A DNA stretch of 64,000 nucleotides from Felis catus (lineage: Eukaryota): positions 62,250,001 through 62,314,000 of the forward strand of contig NC_058368.1 of the NCBI RefSeq assembly GCF_018350175.1, given 5' to 3'. This document shows, one piece after another, positions 38,491 through 52,729 of the stretch (positions are counted from its first letter, which is position 1; each line of letters opens with the position of its first letter). The notes below the pieces were generated by a model. The model was not told the DNA's origin. It ran no database searches and saw only the letters and a list, made by a program, of their open reading frames with translations. A program made the position numbers and the translations under genes.

Positions 38491-40924
38491 GCAAGCTCCT
38501 CTGACAATACTCTGTAAGAAGGATGCATTCATACATGTGTGTAATGCCAATAACCAAACTAAGAAAACTAGGACTTTTTAATCTTGGAACTTTATACATA
38601 AAATTCAGAGAGATAAGGTGATAAGTCACACACAGCGTCACATTAACCTTCTTTTTATCCTTTATACAGCTATGGAATAAACTCATATGTAAAATGATGT
38701 TTAAAAGCTTCAGGGAAACTAGAAAGAGACTAGTAAGATTAGGGAAGTGAATACAGTAAAATGTGGATACACTTGAGTCTTGCTGCCATTGTGTTCTCTT
38801 TAACTAATTTTGTATATCTATTATCTGGTTCATTTTGCTTTGAATTTATTATAGCATACAAATATCTTATTTAGAACTTCATGATAGTGTCTCTGCTTAA
38901 CCAATCAGACTCCAAATAAAGGCAGTAGTATTTCTGCAAAATAAGCATATGCCCGTCAGAAGCATAAATTGTCCTTGAGCCATTTTTCCCTAAATGCACT
39001 AAATAAAATTTGTAACCAATTTAACAAATACCTCTTAAATTGAAAGGATTCAATTTTAATGTGTCTTTCTGGAAATTACTTTGGATATTGTCTTTCCTGT
39101 CATGTTGTCAAGGTAATCCATGATGTATCCTCAGAAATAAACGTGAAATTCAAACAGAATGATTATACCATAATCATAGTCTCCAGTGGAGACTAAAGCA
39201 ACAACATGCTATGACAAAAAAGGCTTAGCTATATGAATCATAAAACAATGCCTACAGACATGATTACAAAAGTTGCAGTAGTTAACGTAGCTCCATTTCA
39301 TTTGTAAAACAAAATCAGAGCTAATGTTAAAATTTGTCTCATTTTACTTGATGAACTTTATCCCCTCTTGTATTGTATATAACCCTAGTTTAGAAATGAG
39401 ATATTGATTTATGTTTAATCAAGGATTAATTATTGCTTTAATTAAAATGCTGTAATTAATATAATTAATTGAGAGTTTTATGGTCTACTAAAAATTCCCA
39501 GGTTTCAAATTCTGGGCTGCCAAAATTTAATAGAAAAGCATTTTTTGTTGGAGGGCCTCCTGCCTGAAGATTCCTATAATTCTTTTGGGTTCATATCTGT
39601 CCAAAGCTGCTATGTGAGTGTGTGTGTGTATGTGTGTGATAAAAACTCCACTGCAGGCTTGGAATGGTTTCCAAGAGTGTGTTTTATTACTTTAGCATTA
39701 ATTTCCGTATTGCAATGGGTAGATGTACTCAAAGGTCCCTTATGAAAAACTATATAAATCAAAACTTATGATAAAATATACTATGGAACCTATTTGCAAT
39801 CATACCTTCAGAAATTTTTACATATTTATAATAGATAAAGCAGAGCCTTGTCAGATTATTAGGCAGAAGAGTTTTCCCATTATAGCTCTCTTGACAAATC
39901 TGTAGTCAAAATAAATTATAGGTACATTAAGGAAATCTGAGTGATGTTACATTGTTGTGCTTTGTTGTGGTATATCTTGTTTTTGAAGAGACGTTTTTAA
40001 AATCATTTATCATCCCAGTAATGATTATTTTTAACAACTGGTTTTGTAAACATTTGTCAAATCTGCATGTGTATTCTCAATTATATAGACAGCAATAATA
40101 TCATCTTTGTTTCTCACTGTGACTGTCCAAACATTGATTCCTCCTCTCTGAAAAGTTACTCCTTCAGGAAAATGTCACCTCCATCTGGAAAATGTCATTT
40201 ACACCATCTTATCCACCTCTTTCTTGTTGCCAAGTGTTGACTTGTTGGTGATTTACTCTCCTTGAATGAAGACTTTTGATCCTGACGTAAATTTGTTTTT
40301 TTAAAAATTATTCTGTAACATTATTAGTGATTTTACACTAAGTAAAATGAACCTGGTAAATCACCAAAAATCCTGGACTCTGTCTCTCACAGCTACCCAC
40401 TCTGATTACTGCATTCTATAATTATGCATTCAATTCCTCCCACTCTTTACAAACCATCAACCTATTCAGGTCTACACCACTTGACTTCACCTTTTGGAGC
40501 ACAATTTATCAACCCTTTTCTGGCTTCAGGACTTCTTGTCATGATTCATTGCTTGTCATAAAACTCAATCTCCAGCCAATGTTCTCAAATCACTTGTGCA
40601 TCCGTCACTCCATTTTACCACACTGAAAACCATGCGGGATTAGTCAGAAGAAATGCCTCTCTCTATTCTGCATTTGGGCCTATGAATATTGGTTAGTAAA
40701 GCCGATAGACATGATAAGACTATTTTCTCTCTAATTTCATGAGAAACTCCATTGCTTTTCCTTTTTGGCTAAATTTTCCAAATTTTGTATGAAACTTTCA
40801 TACATGCTCTTCTGTCCTCTTACCTCCCATTCCCTAATCCTCTATGTGCCTCTCAGGATATACTTTCTTCTGTAAGAAGTGCTTAGTTGCTATCTCCTTA
40901 TCTTCCCACAATCAACCCTAAGTC

Positions 40925-41610
40925 TTTATTTTCTCTGGCTAACACATTACTGCTAAGTGGCTTGAAAGAACCCAAGTTTATTTTCTTACATTTGTAGAGA
41001 TGTCTTCACTCTTACACTCCAAAAGTGTGTCTTCAGGGACTAAAATTAACATGGGATCAGGGCCACATTCTTTCTGGAGGCATTGGGAGAGAATTGGTTT
41101 TAAGCTTCTGGAGACTGCCTGCATTGCCCAACTCAAGGGCTTCTTCCAATAATGGCATCTCTCTGATCTTTGTTTCCATCTTCACATTTCTTTATCTTAC
41201 CTTTCTGCCTCCAAAGACCTTGTGATCAGAGGTGGCCCACTAGGAACCTATAGGTTAATCACCTCATCTTAAGAAGTTTAACTTAAGGGGCACCTGGGTG
41301 GCTCAGTTGTTTGAGAGTCCGACTTCGGCTCAGGTCCTGATCTCATGGTTCATGGGTTCAAAACCCACATTGATCTCTGTGCTGACATCTCAGAGCCTAC
41401 AGCCTGCTTTGGATTCTGTGTCTCCTTCTCTGCTTCTCCCCCGCTCATGCTCTGTCTCTCTCCGTCTCTCAAAAATAAATAAACGTTAAGTAATGAAAAA
41501 ATAATTTAACTTAATCACACCTTCAAAATAACTTTTGATATGACAGGTAATATATTCACAAGTTTGAGAGATTAGCACATAGGAATTTAGTAGAGACATC
41601 ATCCTACCAT
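40925..41610 (-). mobile_element. MLT1 LTR with nested SINE
   Basis: taagtggcttgaaagaaccca, ttctttctggaggc, cttgtgat, cacaagtttgagagattag, atcctaccata. Confidence 0.75.
41287..41504 (+). mobile_element. Can-SINE
   Basis: TSD tttaacttaa at 41277-41286 and 41505-41514. Confidence 0.95.
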
Positions 41611-42087
41611 ACCTATGATCCTACCTACATGTTCACCCATTCTCTTTCTTCTCTTCTGTTATAATAGGAAAAAAGTCCCTTTATTTATCCCCCCAAAAAA
41701 CAAAAATTCACTCCACTTGTGTTCTGTTCTTCGAATTTCCACTTCCCCCAGGTTTCAGAAGAGCATTACTCCTTAATTTACAATCACTCTCCTTATAACA
41801 CAAATTGCCATTTTATTAAGAATTAGTCCTCCACCACTTACAAAATTGGGTGTAAAATTAACCATCTGCCCACAGAAAGCCAACATAAACAAATAAACTT
41901 ACTCACACACCGCACATCAGCTATTGCCTATTGTTTTTTAATCCTAGTCATTTGGTCTTCTGGTAGCCTTGGTGATTTTTTTTTATCAAATACTATTTGG
42001 TATAAAAACCTGTAGTTTGTTTACTGTTATATCAGTCTTGTTGATGTTATCTTTATTTAAAGACGATTTTTAAATATTTCCACTTTT

Positions 42088-42316
42088 TAGATTTTTGATT
42101 ATTTTTATTTTTAAAAATTTTTATATATTTATTTTCAGAGAGAGACAGAGTGTGAACACAGGAGGGATAGAGAGAGACACAGAATCTTAAGCAGGCTCCA
42201 GGCTCTGAGCCATCAGCACAGAGTCCAACGCACAGCTTGAGCCCACTAACTGTGAGATCATGATCTGCCTGAGCCGAAGTTGTAGGTTCAAATGACTGAG
42301 CCACCCAGATGCCCCC
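42088..42316 (-). mobile_element. Can-SINE
   Basis: TSD core atttccact at 42076-42084 and 42320-42328. Confidence 0.94.
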
Positions 42317-42795
42317 AAAATTTCCACTCTTAAACTCACCTCAAACTGTTTTATGTCTCTCACTTTCCTGTTGATACTCTCAATGTTATGGTCAACAAAA
42401 CCCACCATTTATTTCATGGTATTCAACTAAAATAAACTAACTTCTGTCACCTTACTTAGCCAATTATAGGAAATCACACTTTCTACTACTTCCTATTCCT
42501 AGCCAATTAGAAAGAAATCAGATTTCTTTGATTTTAAGATAGCACTTTCTATTTGTTTCCATTTGAACTCACTGCCCACTTAACTTTAACTTCCTTTTAC
42601 AATTCCCTCCTTTTTTGCTTGATCTTAAACACAGTCGTTCTCTAATGTTTTGTCCATGGCTCTATTCTATACTTACAAACTTTCCCCAAGCAATAAATAT
42701 CATCCAAACCCAGGGCTGAGGTCCAGTTATAATCTCTATCTTTATCATCAGGATTTTTATGGTGTAGTCCTCCAGACTTCAATATCAAACTTTTT

Positions 42796-42940
42796 GGCTC
42801 CTGGGTGGCTCAGTTGGTTGAGTGTCCAACTCTTGATTTTGGCTGAGGTCATGGTCCCAGGGATGTGGGATTGGGTCTCATATCAGGCACCATGTTCAGC
42901 ATGGAACCTGCTTAAGATTCTCTTTCTCTTTCCCTCCGCC

Positions 42941-42992
<52 letters not shown>

Positions 42993-43012
42993 ATAAAAAA
43001 AAAGAATAAAAA
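42796..43012 (+). mobile_element. Can-SINE (older) with long (CT)n
   Basis: ggctcctgggtggctcagttggttgag...(ct)n gaaataaaaaaa. Confidence 0.92.
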
Positions 43013-43671
43013 ATATTAAAGTTCTTATCTGGCATCTCTCATCAGTGTCCAAAACAATAGAAGAATTGTAGAGATTATTTTCAAAATGATTACAAAGTTT
43101 TAAACAATTTCATCACTACTATTTTTGTACATGCAAATATATTTTGTCTCCCAGAAATTAGTTAGCCTCTGTCCTCTCTTCTTCTCTTACCCCTTCTTTC
43201 ATCCCAATTCTACAGACAGCTGGCAGTGATTCTTTTAAAATGTAAGCTATGACAGACATATCCCTCCTCTGATAAAAAATTATCCAGTGTCTTCCTATAT
43301 CAGACTACACTTCAAGTCCCTCCCTACTATGACCTGTAAGACCAGGCCACATATTATCTTGTATCCCACCTAATCCATCACCAGCAAAGTCTTAATGCTG
43401 GCTTCTTGCATTTTTATTTTCTTGACACACAAGCCTTATACTTGCCAGCTTCTCTGCAGGTTGTGTTCTTCCCTCCCATATTTGTAAAGTTTGTTCACTT
43501 AATTTCTTATCTGCTTTTTACTTATTTTCTTCTTATTATTTAACATCACTTGATCTATTAGCTATCAGTATACATTCCTGTAGACTGTATAATGTACAAT
43601 CAATGGCGGTAAGACTTTGCATCCTCAGTGTTCTGGCACCTGCTCAGCTCATTTGTTGAGTGAATGAATGT

Positions 43672-43875
43672 ATTCAAATCCCAGATCTTGGGCACTTACT
43701 AGCTGTATTACTGTTTACATGTTACTTAACATGTATAGCCCTCATAATTATTACTTCTGAAATTTAGACCATACTGAAGTCTAGTATTATAGGGTCAGTA
43801 AAAGAATTATGTAAGAAAACCATTCAGTTCAGTTAATGTAAAGCATTTGGTTCAGCTAATAAATGTTAGTTCACA
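43672..43875 (-). mobile_element. MIR
   Basis: ttcaaatcccag...cacttactagctgt...gttacttaac. Confidence 0.65.
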
Positions 43876-44029
43876 TTACTTTATCCTATTTTTCTGGCCT
43901 CCTAGCAAACATATTTAATGTTATCATTACTTAGTATTAAAAAGAGAAATATCCAGTTTCTGATGTGCAATTTTTCTTCCAAAATCAATGCATTCAGGTC
44001 TATTAATTTAGTCTTGAAGAATTTAAAAT

Positions 44030-44171
44030 ATGGGGATTAAGGAGTGCGCTTTTTGTGATGAGCACTGACTGTTGTATGGAAGTGTTGAATCACTATATTG
44101 TACACCTGAAACGAATACAGTGTATGGTAACTAAATGGAATATAAATAAAAATTTAAAAATTAAAAAAAAA
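44030..44171 (+). mobile_element. Carnivore L1 3' end
   Basis: atggggattaaggagtgc...gtgatgagcactg...gttgaatcactatattgtacacctgaaac...AATAAA and A tail. Confidence 0.9.
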
Positions 44172-45753
44172 TCATTGAGGATAATATACATGGTAAAATG
44201 CATATAGTTCACCCTGCTTTCTCTCTCATTCTTTCTATTTTCTCTTGTCATGCATGTAAAGCCTATAAAACATAGAGCTGTATATTAAAAAGATATAAAA
44301 CCTTAAGAAGGGAGATTCTTATTTTATTTTTGTTTTAGAATTCCATGGTAGCATAAAGTAACTACACATTTCCATTTTTACCATCAAAGTTTAAATTATT
44401 TCTCTCAAAATGACCTGTCACCTGAAACTTCCAGATGTCTGACATCTGCTTATGTCTTTTTTAAAGACTGCCTGAACATGATAGATGAGTAGCAAGTAAG
44501 GTAATTCTTCTATTATAATGTGCATATTGCACAATGAAGCATTTGAGCTGATATTCCTCTCACTTGACAACTAATTTATTCATGACAACACGACGGAGTG
44601 TAAAGATTGATTGCTTATATCCCAAATTTCTGAGAAAGAAAAATATATAGTTGAATTAAATTTTTCATAACAAAAGTAAATAAAGATAACTACAGATCCA
44701 TGAAAGAGCAAGTAGAAAAATTATACCTCATGCTGTATAAACATAAAATGAAGTCAAGAGTTAAAGTAATGTTCACAACTGACTATCTCTATTTGTCAAA
44801 AGAAGGAAGTTCTATAAATTCTAGGGATGATGAAAACTTACCACTTTATTTGATACCTGCATATTCTTAATTTATTTTTACACACACACAAATCTGCATG
44901 CATTTAGAGGCTTAATTAATGTATACTCACTTATACTTTGAGACACGAACCATAACTAGGTGATTAGTACAAGGGAATTTATGTATTGTCTTATTCAAAT
45001 ATGTGTATTCCTGAGAGCCCCAATAAAGGATGCACTTCAGTGTATAACCAGTAACCCCATTCAGGCTTCAAAGTTAAATATTCACCACATGCACATTTTT
45101 TGAATGTATTTTTCCATAATGCCTACCATCTATATAATTGTTCTTTTAGGTATAAAATTATGGAATTATTAGTAAATGATCAATAATAAAAACAATTATT
45201 GAAAAATCTATAGAAATATTTCTCTCTTGTAAATTATCCTGCTGAGTTTCTTAGATGTGATAAATTTGAACTTTTATAATAACTTTATCTTTCTTTGTTT
45301 CACATTAGTACTGCATTTGCTTTGGGTACCCACACTTTATGAATATGGTGAAATACTTTAAGGTTTCTACATGTATACTCGAATTTTACATACAACCTGA
45401 GTTTACTGACTCTTTGGAATTTAATCCTTAGCTCAAAGAAGAGTATCAGGTTCTTGGTTTCTACTTACAAATGCTTCTACATCAGCACTTTTTTCTCCTT
45501 ATAATTGTCTACATCTAAATCTCTGTGGCTAAGGAAATCAAATCGTGACAAATTATTAATGAAGTAAAGATCAATACATTATTCCATGAACTAAGAATGT
45601 AAAATTGACTACCTGTAGTTTATTTTTTCTTCTATATATGTTTTCAGCTCATTTTCTGATAGTTCTCATCTAGATACTAAACTAGTGATAGCTAGTTATG
45701 TGAGGCAGCCCTTTTATGTAATTATTTCTTGTAATAATTGGAAGGGAAGGTTG

Positions 45754-46393
45754 GGTAGGTAGAATAATGGGAGCCAAAAGATACCCACACGCTAATCCCC
45801 CAAATCCTTAAATGTGTAACTTTTCATAGTAAAGGAATTTTTCAAATGTAATTGAGTTAATAATCTTGAAATAGCTGAGGCACCTGGGTGGCTCAGTCAG
45901 TTAAGCATAACGTGGAGCCTGCTTGGGATTGTCTCTATCCACCCCCCTCTCTGCCCGTCTCCCACATGCGCATGCACATGCTCTCTCTCTAAATATAAAT
46001 CAATAAACTGAAATAAAATCTTGAAATAGGGAGATTATCCTGGATTGTCTGGGTCCTTCTGGATTGTCACAGGGGTCCTTATAAAAAAGAAACAGGCAAA
46101 AAGGTTAGAGTCAGAAAAGATATGATGATGGAAGTATGAGGGGGAGAGAGAGAGAGAGAGAGTGTGCTTTGAAGATAAAGGAAGAGCCATGGATCAAAGA
46201 AAGGAGGAGAGATCCAGAAGCTGGAAAAGGCAAGGAAGTAGACTCTTCCTTACAGCCTCCAGGAGAAAGACAGCTATGTTGACTAATTGACTTGAAGACT
46301 TCTGACCTGTAGAACAGTAAAATAAAAAACTTGTGTTTGTAATTAATCATTGTATGAATTTATTTTTATCACTAATACTAGGAAAGTAATTAG
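45754..46393 (+). mobile_element. MLT1C/D-like solo LTR with nested SINE
   Basis: gtaggtagaataatgg...cttgaaatagggagattatcctggatt...gaagctggaaaaggcaaggaa...ttctgacctgtagaac. Confidence 0.85.
45875..46016 (+). mobile_element. Internally deleted Can-SINE
   Basis: Head jumps from gttaagcat to gtggagcctgc; perfect TSD aatcttgaaatag at 45862-45874 and 46017-46029. Confidence 0.9.
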
Positions 46394-46476
46394 CAGGGAA
46401 GTTTACAAATCTAGAGGAAAATAGGTAAAAGAGAAGTATAGTACCTCAATATGTGATTTCAAAAAAAGAAAACAGT

Positions 46477-46583
46477 GGGGCATCTGGGTGGCTCAACCAG
46501 GTAAGCATCTGACTATTGGTTCTGGCTCAGGTTATTATCTCATGATTCATGGGTTCGAGCCCCACATCGGGCTACTGCTTAGG

Positions 46584-46627
<44 letters not shown>

Positions 46628-46681
46628 CCTCCTGAGCTCCTGATAATTCTTTATCTCTCTCAAAATAAATAAACTTAAAAC
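46477..46681 (+). mobile_element. Can-SINE
   Basis: Near-TSD aaaagaaaa(c/t)ag. Confidence 0.93.
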
Positions 46682-47839
46682 AAAAGAAAATAGAGAAGTA
46701 TCTGATAATGATACTTTGATGAAGTGAAGAATGGTCTACCAGCAAACCTAAACCTTGGCATTTATAGAAGAAATTACCTAATAAATTTTCTTGAGCTGGG
46801 AGAGAAGAGGGAGCACAACACAGTGAAAGTATCTTTATTCACAAAAAGTATATATAATAATACTTTTATGTATATTTTATTTAAGATATAATTCTCAAGT
46901 CAGAGAAAAATATCTTTTTTCACTACATCTTAATCAATCTTACTTTCTAGATAGACATGTATCAGGAGTATAAATGCTAATTCTATTTTAAATAAAATAA
47001 TTTTCTGTTGGATCTAGAAGGTAAAACAGATAATATTTATGATGTAGTTTATAATGAGTAAGGAATTTCATAACAAAATTTATAAATATTTTATGGAAAA
47101 AATGAAACAATTGATACTTCTTTGTCTATTTTCATAAATATAATAATTTCTATGAAGCAGACTTTTGATGATTCAGGACCTGATCATTTGTTTTCAAGGC
47201 ACTTCTGCTGTTCTGAATGTTTTTGGCAACAGAAATTTTGAGTTGGTTTTGGCTCAGGCTCTTGTGCCTTGGGGTGATAGAATGTGGGTGACTACCCAGC
47301 TGCATCGGCAACATCTGGAGCCCATGTCCCCACTGAGGAAAAACAGCAGGGCAGGGCCAGCAGAAATGATGCCAGATGTGCTGTAATTATTGTATTTGCA
47401 AAAGAAGTTGGTTCCATGCACTTTATTACCGTTAACACTTCTTTAAAAATGGTAAAAGACTGGTGCTTTATTTAAGGTCTCTGGAAATACTAAAAATCTC
47501 TATGTATTAACTGGTAGAAATAAATAAAAAAAGATTTTTGCTATCAGTGTCTACATTTGGAAGAGAAACTGACAAATAGATAGCAGATCATTAGATATCG
47601 TTTAACTCAACAAATGATTCAGAACAACTGCTAAGAAGGACTGATGACATGGTCTCCCTGTTCCTTTGTTTTAAATCAATCATTGTTAATGCCTAAGACT
47701 GGAACAGGAGGGTAATTTAATTCCATTTTTAAACAATTCAACAGTACTAGGCACAATCATATAAAGATAAATTATTAAAGCGCTAAAGTCTTCACAGAAT
47801 CCAGGAGCTAGAAACAGTATAGTATACATGGAAGATACG

Positions 47840-49175
47840 GTGGCAGGTAAAGTCCATTAGTTGATCAGCACAGGTTTACAACTCCCCTTTCTCCACTGCT
47901 TTTGTTCACAGTGACTGGCTATATGCCCAACTTCAGCCTGTAACACGTAAGGGCAAGTCTGCTGGGAAATTTTTGTCAAAACTTTTTTTTTAATATATGA
48001 AATTTATTGTCAAATTGGTTTCCATACAACACCCAGTGCTCATCCCAAAAGATGCCCTCTTCAATACCCATCACCCACCCTCCCCGCCCTCCCACCCCCA
48101 TCAACCCTCAGTTTGTTCCCAGTTTTTAAGAGTCTCTTATGCTTTGGCTCTCTCCCACTCTAACCTCTCTCTTTTTTTTCTTCCCCTCCCCCATGGGTTC
48201 CTGTTAAGTTTCTCAGGATCCACATAAGAGTGAAAACATATGGTATCTGTCTTTCTCTGTATGGCTTATTTCACTTAGCATCACACTCTCCAGTTCCATC
48301 CACGTTGCTACAAAGGGACATATTTCATTCTTTCTCATTGCCACATAGTACTCCATTGTGTATATAAACCAGAATTTCTTTATCCATTCATCAGTTGATG
48401 GACATTTAGGCTCTTTCCATAGTTTGGCTATTGTTGAGAGTGCTGCTATAAACATTGGGGTACAAGTGCCCTTATGCATCAGTACTCCTGTATCCCTTGG
48501 GTACATTCCTAGCAGTGCTATTGCTGGGTCATAGGGTAGGACTATTTTTAAGTTTTTGAGGAACCTCCACACTGTTTTTCCAGAGCAGCTGCACCAATTT
48601 GCATTCCCACCAACAGTGCAAGAGGGTTCCTGTTTCTCCACATCCTCTCCAGCATCTATAATCTCCTGATTTGTTCATTTTGGCCACTCTGACTGGTGTG
48701 AGGTGATATCTGAGTGTGGTTTTGATTTGTATTTCCCTGATGAGGAGCGACATTGAGCATCTTTTCATGTGCCTGTTGGCCATCCGGATGTCTTCTTTAG
48801 AGAAGTGTCTATTCATGTTTTCTGCCCATTTCTTCACTGGATCTTACCAATGAAAGTGCAAGACAGGAACCTTGTGTTGCTATCTCTATCATTTCATCCC
48901 ACCTGAAATATAGATTTCATGCTAAAGATGGTGGCAGTCCTGCTGTAACCATGAGGTGATAAAAGGAGGAAAAAAGACCAAAGGCTAGGATTATAGAAGA
49001 GAACAAAAGGAAAAGAACAGATCCTTGGAAGATTTCGTCGAGCAGACAAATTGATGCCAGCAACCACCTCCATCTACACTTCTTGTTAAGTGTGATAATA
49101 AATCTCTGTATGGTTTAAGCCTCTCTTAATTAGATTTTTGTTACTTGCAGATGATAGCTTTTCAAGCTGATAAAT
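47840..49175 (+). mobile_element. Old MLT1 (J/I-like) LTR split by a young L1
   Basis: gtctgctggga... resumes ...gcagtcctgctgtaaccatgagg...cttcttgttaagtg...gtttaagcc...tgttacttgcag. Confidence 0.65.
47983..48842 (-). mobile_element. Young felid L1 (L1_Fc-like), 5'-truncated, with ORF2 C-terminus and 3'UTR
   Basis: ORFs 48529-48837 and 48213-48641 encode the L1 ORF2 end incl. the [18 protein letters not shown] knuckle; one frameshift; poly-T tail. Confidence 0.97.
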
Positions 49176-49269
49176 GAAATATAAATATCTTGTAGTAAAA
49201 AAGAGAGAGACTAAACTAATTTATCTAGTATTATGTAAATTATTAGTGAAATTAATGAAATAACCCAAA

Positions 49270-49442
49270 ATATATATGTATTGTGTATATATATGTATTA
49301 TATATATGTATTTATATATAATTATATATTAAATATACTTATATATTATGTTGTAATATATTATATATTATTTATTATATATTATATATTATATATAAAT
49401 GTATTGTGTATATATGTAATATATATTATATATATATATAAA
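49270..49442. repeat. (TA)n-rich low-complexity tract
   Basis: Direct observation. Confidence 0.9.
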
Positions 49443-51109
49443 TGTTAAAACACAATAATAAGGAGGAATATTTCATCATGTAAGGATAAAGAATGATGAT
49501 GAGAGATGCCAGTTTAGATGGAAGTTAGTAGAGACTTTTCCAGAAGAACTAATACTATAGTCACATGGATGAACAGAATATTTATATTCTGTATCTTTAA
49601 TATTAGGGTTGCATTCCTCTTTTAATCTACAGATGAAGAAATGACTCATGAGGCAGAGAGTAAAACAATTTTTAGGAAAAGGAAAGAAAATAAGGGATGT
49701 AGAAAATACAGAAAGTAGCAATATGATTTAAGACCTGTTGAGAGAAAAGGTGATAATGTAGAATAAAAAGAAAGCAAAAGAACTAGAACCTTTTAAGGAA
49801 TAATTTTGAAAATAAAACAGCATCCTGTTGACAGCTATGCATTAAGGTGGGTGAAGCAATGTTTCAAAGTCAATATCCTAAATTAATATTAATAGGAATA
49901 ATATGAATACAAATATAGATATCAACATAAATTAAAATGTAAATATAAACATTTATTTCTGAATGATCTGAGCCCAATGACATACATGTTTGTACATCAC
50001 ATTGTTTATATGTAAAACAAAAATTTACATTCAATGATCTTCAGCTTCTCTGTCTTCTCCATTTTGTTTTGTTTATAATAAATTATTTTTTGCTGGAAAC
50101 AAATTAATAATGTATATATTATAGAGTTTATTCTTTTTCTCTAAGTAAGTAGAGAAAACTGTGGTTGGAATTTCCATACTTGGATATACAATGAATTTAC
50201 TCTTCATTAAAATTTGTCATTCCTAGAGATAGAATCACATATTCCTAATTTATAAATACTTCTTTAAATTAAGTGATTCAAATAGATTTTTGTCAATAAT
50301 TATACATGTAATAATATAAATAATTATCAAAAGTAAGCTTTGTTGCATTCATAATAACCCACCAATATTTCATAATGGAGCTCATTTAGCAATCATTCAA
50401 GAATTATTAGCACCCCCATTGACAGAGTAAAACTAGTTATGGAATATTAATAAATGGTTGATATACATTTCTACTCTACATGCTATTTTTTTGTTTTTAT
50501 TCACTATCATTGAATCTGTCACTATAGACAGGTGCATTTTCTGGTCTAGGGCTAATCTGTGGGGCTTGAATTTGTTCTTTGTACCTTTATTTGTAGTCTT
50601 TGTGCCCTATGACTAGGGTCCCAATTAAGCTATTTTCCCACAAGCCACTGCTCAAAGTCATCTTCTTCTCTTTATTGCTTCTTTCTTAACAGTAAAACTA
50701 ACTGACTATTTCTTTCCCTGACTCCCTTAGTTCCCTACTTTTTTTGCTAGGAAATCTATGAACAAAATCATTTTTAAGATCTTGTATCTATTACATAGAA
50801 TGTAATGCAATTGTATTTTCAGAGGTTCCTGGTGAAAATATATACACCTGAAGAGTGATAGCAATGTCAGAAAATAAGGAAAAGCAAATGCAGAATGTAT
50901 ATTATGGCAAAATGTAATATACCTAGATATATGCCACAAGTGAAAGCAACAGACTTTATAAAAACAGTGAATAAGCCACAAAAAGTGTAATCTGAATCCT
51001 CCCCTGATTGACTCACAGTTGGTGATTACACATTTACTCCCATTTAGTTACATATTTGTGATGTACTATTCTTGATAACAGTCACTGGCTATGCTAATGG
51101 TCATGGTAA

Positions 51110-51310
51110 CATGCCATTTTGAGGGCTTTCTACAAATTAGGCATGATGTTTATGTGCCCTATGTGCATTATGTCACTGACTCTGCAAAAGCACTCTACTC
51201 AACAAATGAAATCTTTATTTCCAGTGAGAAAACTGAGGTGTATAAAAAGTAAGTGACTGATATAGGGTTAAAATATACTCATTGTGACTCCAAACCCTCA
51301 CAGTGTACCT
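51110..51310 (+). mobile_element. MIR
   Basis: ccagtgagaaaactgaggtg...aagtgact...tgtgactccaaaccc core. Confidence 0.75.
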
Positions 51311-52729
51311 ACATATAGGTCTGCCACATTGTCACAAGTCTAGGTGCAGTGCAACATATGGAAAATGTGCATGAGGATAGTGACAGAAGGGAACCGTTTT
51401 GCTCACTTAAAAAAAAGTCCTACAAAATCACTGATGTCTGTTTAGTGCTCACTAGAAAATGTCAAATAAATATATGATGAGATACGTGAACATAAAATAT
51501 GCCAAATTGCAGCAATCAAATATACTTTTGTGTGCTACTTGCTAACTTAGATTTCAGAGTTGGTGAAGGCTTTGGGGATAGGGACCAAAGTAGTAGTGTG
51601 GAAGCATCGTCACTCAGTTTAATCTAGGTTTTCTCACAGGTTTTATTTGTCATCATCATAAGAAGGTGTATTATTCATACAATAGCTTTTTTCTGGTTTT
51701 CACTGCCTGGTTTTATTAGCATTATTTTATAACTAAGCCCCTCCTTAACTATGGGTGGACATTTATATTTCTCTTTCCCTTTTTCTATTTTCCTATTAAA
51801 CTGATGAATCAGGACGAGTCATACTACCCATTTTGGGGTAAGGAAGGGCACATTTTAACTCAGAAATCAGGAAGAAAATTTTAAATGATTACAAGAACTA
51901 TGCCCTAGTGAATGAGGTTATGCTCTCCTATGAAAGCAGGTAAATGCTAAAATCACTATTAGTGGTTAAAGAAAGGGAGCACAATTTCCTCTCTTTCCTG
52001 TCTTTTCAATATTAAAATGGAAAATGGACTCATCATAACACAAGGATCCAGATGCTCTGAATGACTGTTTATTGGATAGAGATATTCAAAGGCTGAGGCA
52101 GGGGATAAAAATTGACAACAGTTCCTTATATACCCATACAGTATATAAGAACACGAAACAAGGATGTCCCGCACTCACTAGCTGAGTTTTGAGAGATAGA
52201 CAAGATCCAGGCTTATTAGGAACAACTAGAATTTTGCAGTTGAAATTCATACAAAAAAGTTGAACAGATTCTAATTCCTGAGTGGTTTCTCTGTGACACA
52301 TTTTAACACACTCATGTGCACACGCGTGCACACACACACACACCACCCTGTCCATTGTACTAAGTTGCTTCCTAATTTTAGCTTTGCTATTCATTCATTA
52401 CTTGCTTTACCAAGATTGCAATGACAAGACTTACATAACATACATTCTTTCCAAAGCTGCTATTACCTTTCCAAATTTTTGTGGATAGGACAGATTGTAA
52501 GTCATATTTATAAAATGTTCTACTGTAATCCAATAAAGTTTTCATGTGTTACAAGAAATACCATTATAGAATATTACTCTTATTGTATCATTTCTTTTAT
52601 AAAAAAATTTAGTAGTTTCCAATTACTTAAATGATAAAGTTCCAAAGGACTAAGAGTCTTAAAGGTCGAATGATAACTTGAACTCAGACACCGTTTCCAA
52701 CCTCTTTGCCAACAAAGAATCCCACTATC

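Larger units (their letters stand above)
40090..43670 (+). mobile_element. Long fragmented L2 (ORF region to 3' end), interrupted by MLT1 and three SINEs
   Basis: Pyrimidine-rich L2 motifs (actccacttgtgttctg, cagctggcagtgattcttttaaaatg, cttctctgcag); ends tttgttgagtgaatgaatg. Confidence 0.6.

Noticed and set aside
38089..38686. 150-aa FLSF/ERKK-rich ORFs
   Set aside because: Translations of the GAAA/GGAA microsatellite
39177..39195. Interrupted palindrome tagtctcca-g-tggagacta; similar small inverted repeats near 12866-12880 and 13514-13585
   Set aside because: Short stems like these are plausible by chance in 64 kb of AT-rich DNA; no supporting context
47165..47475. GC-richer unique stretch with short ORFs after a ttttcaag acceptor
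   Set aside because: No convincing donor, and no recognisable peptide
48213..48837. ORFs with real protein similarity
   Set aside because: L1 ORF2 C-terminus in a 5'-truncated, frameshifted copy; not a host gene and not mobile on its own
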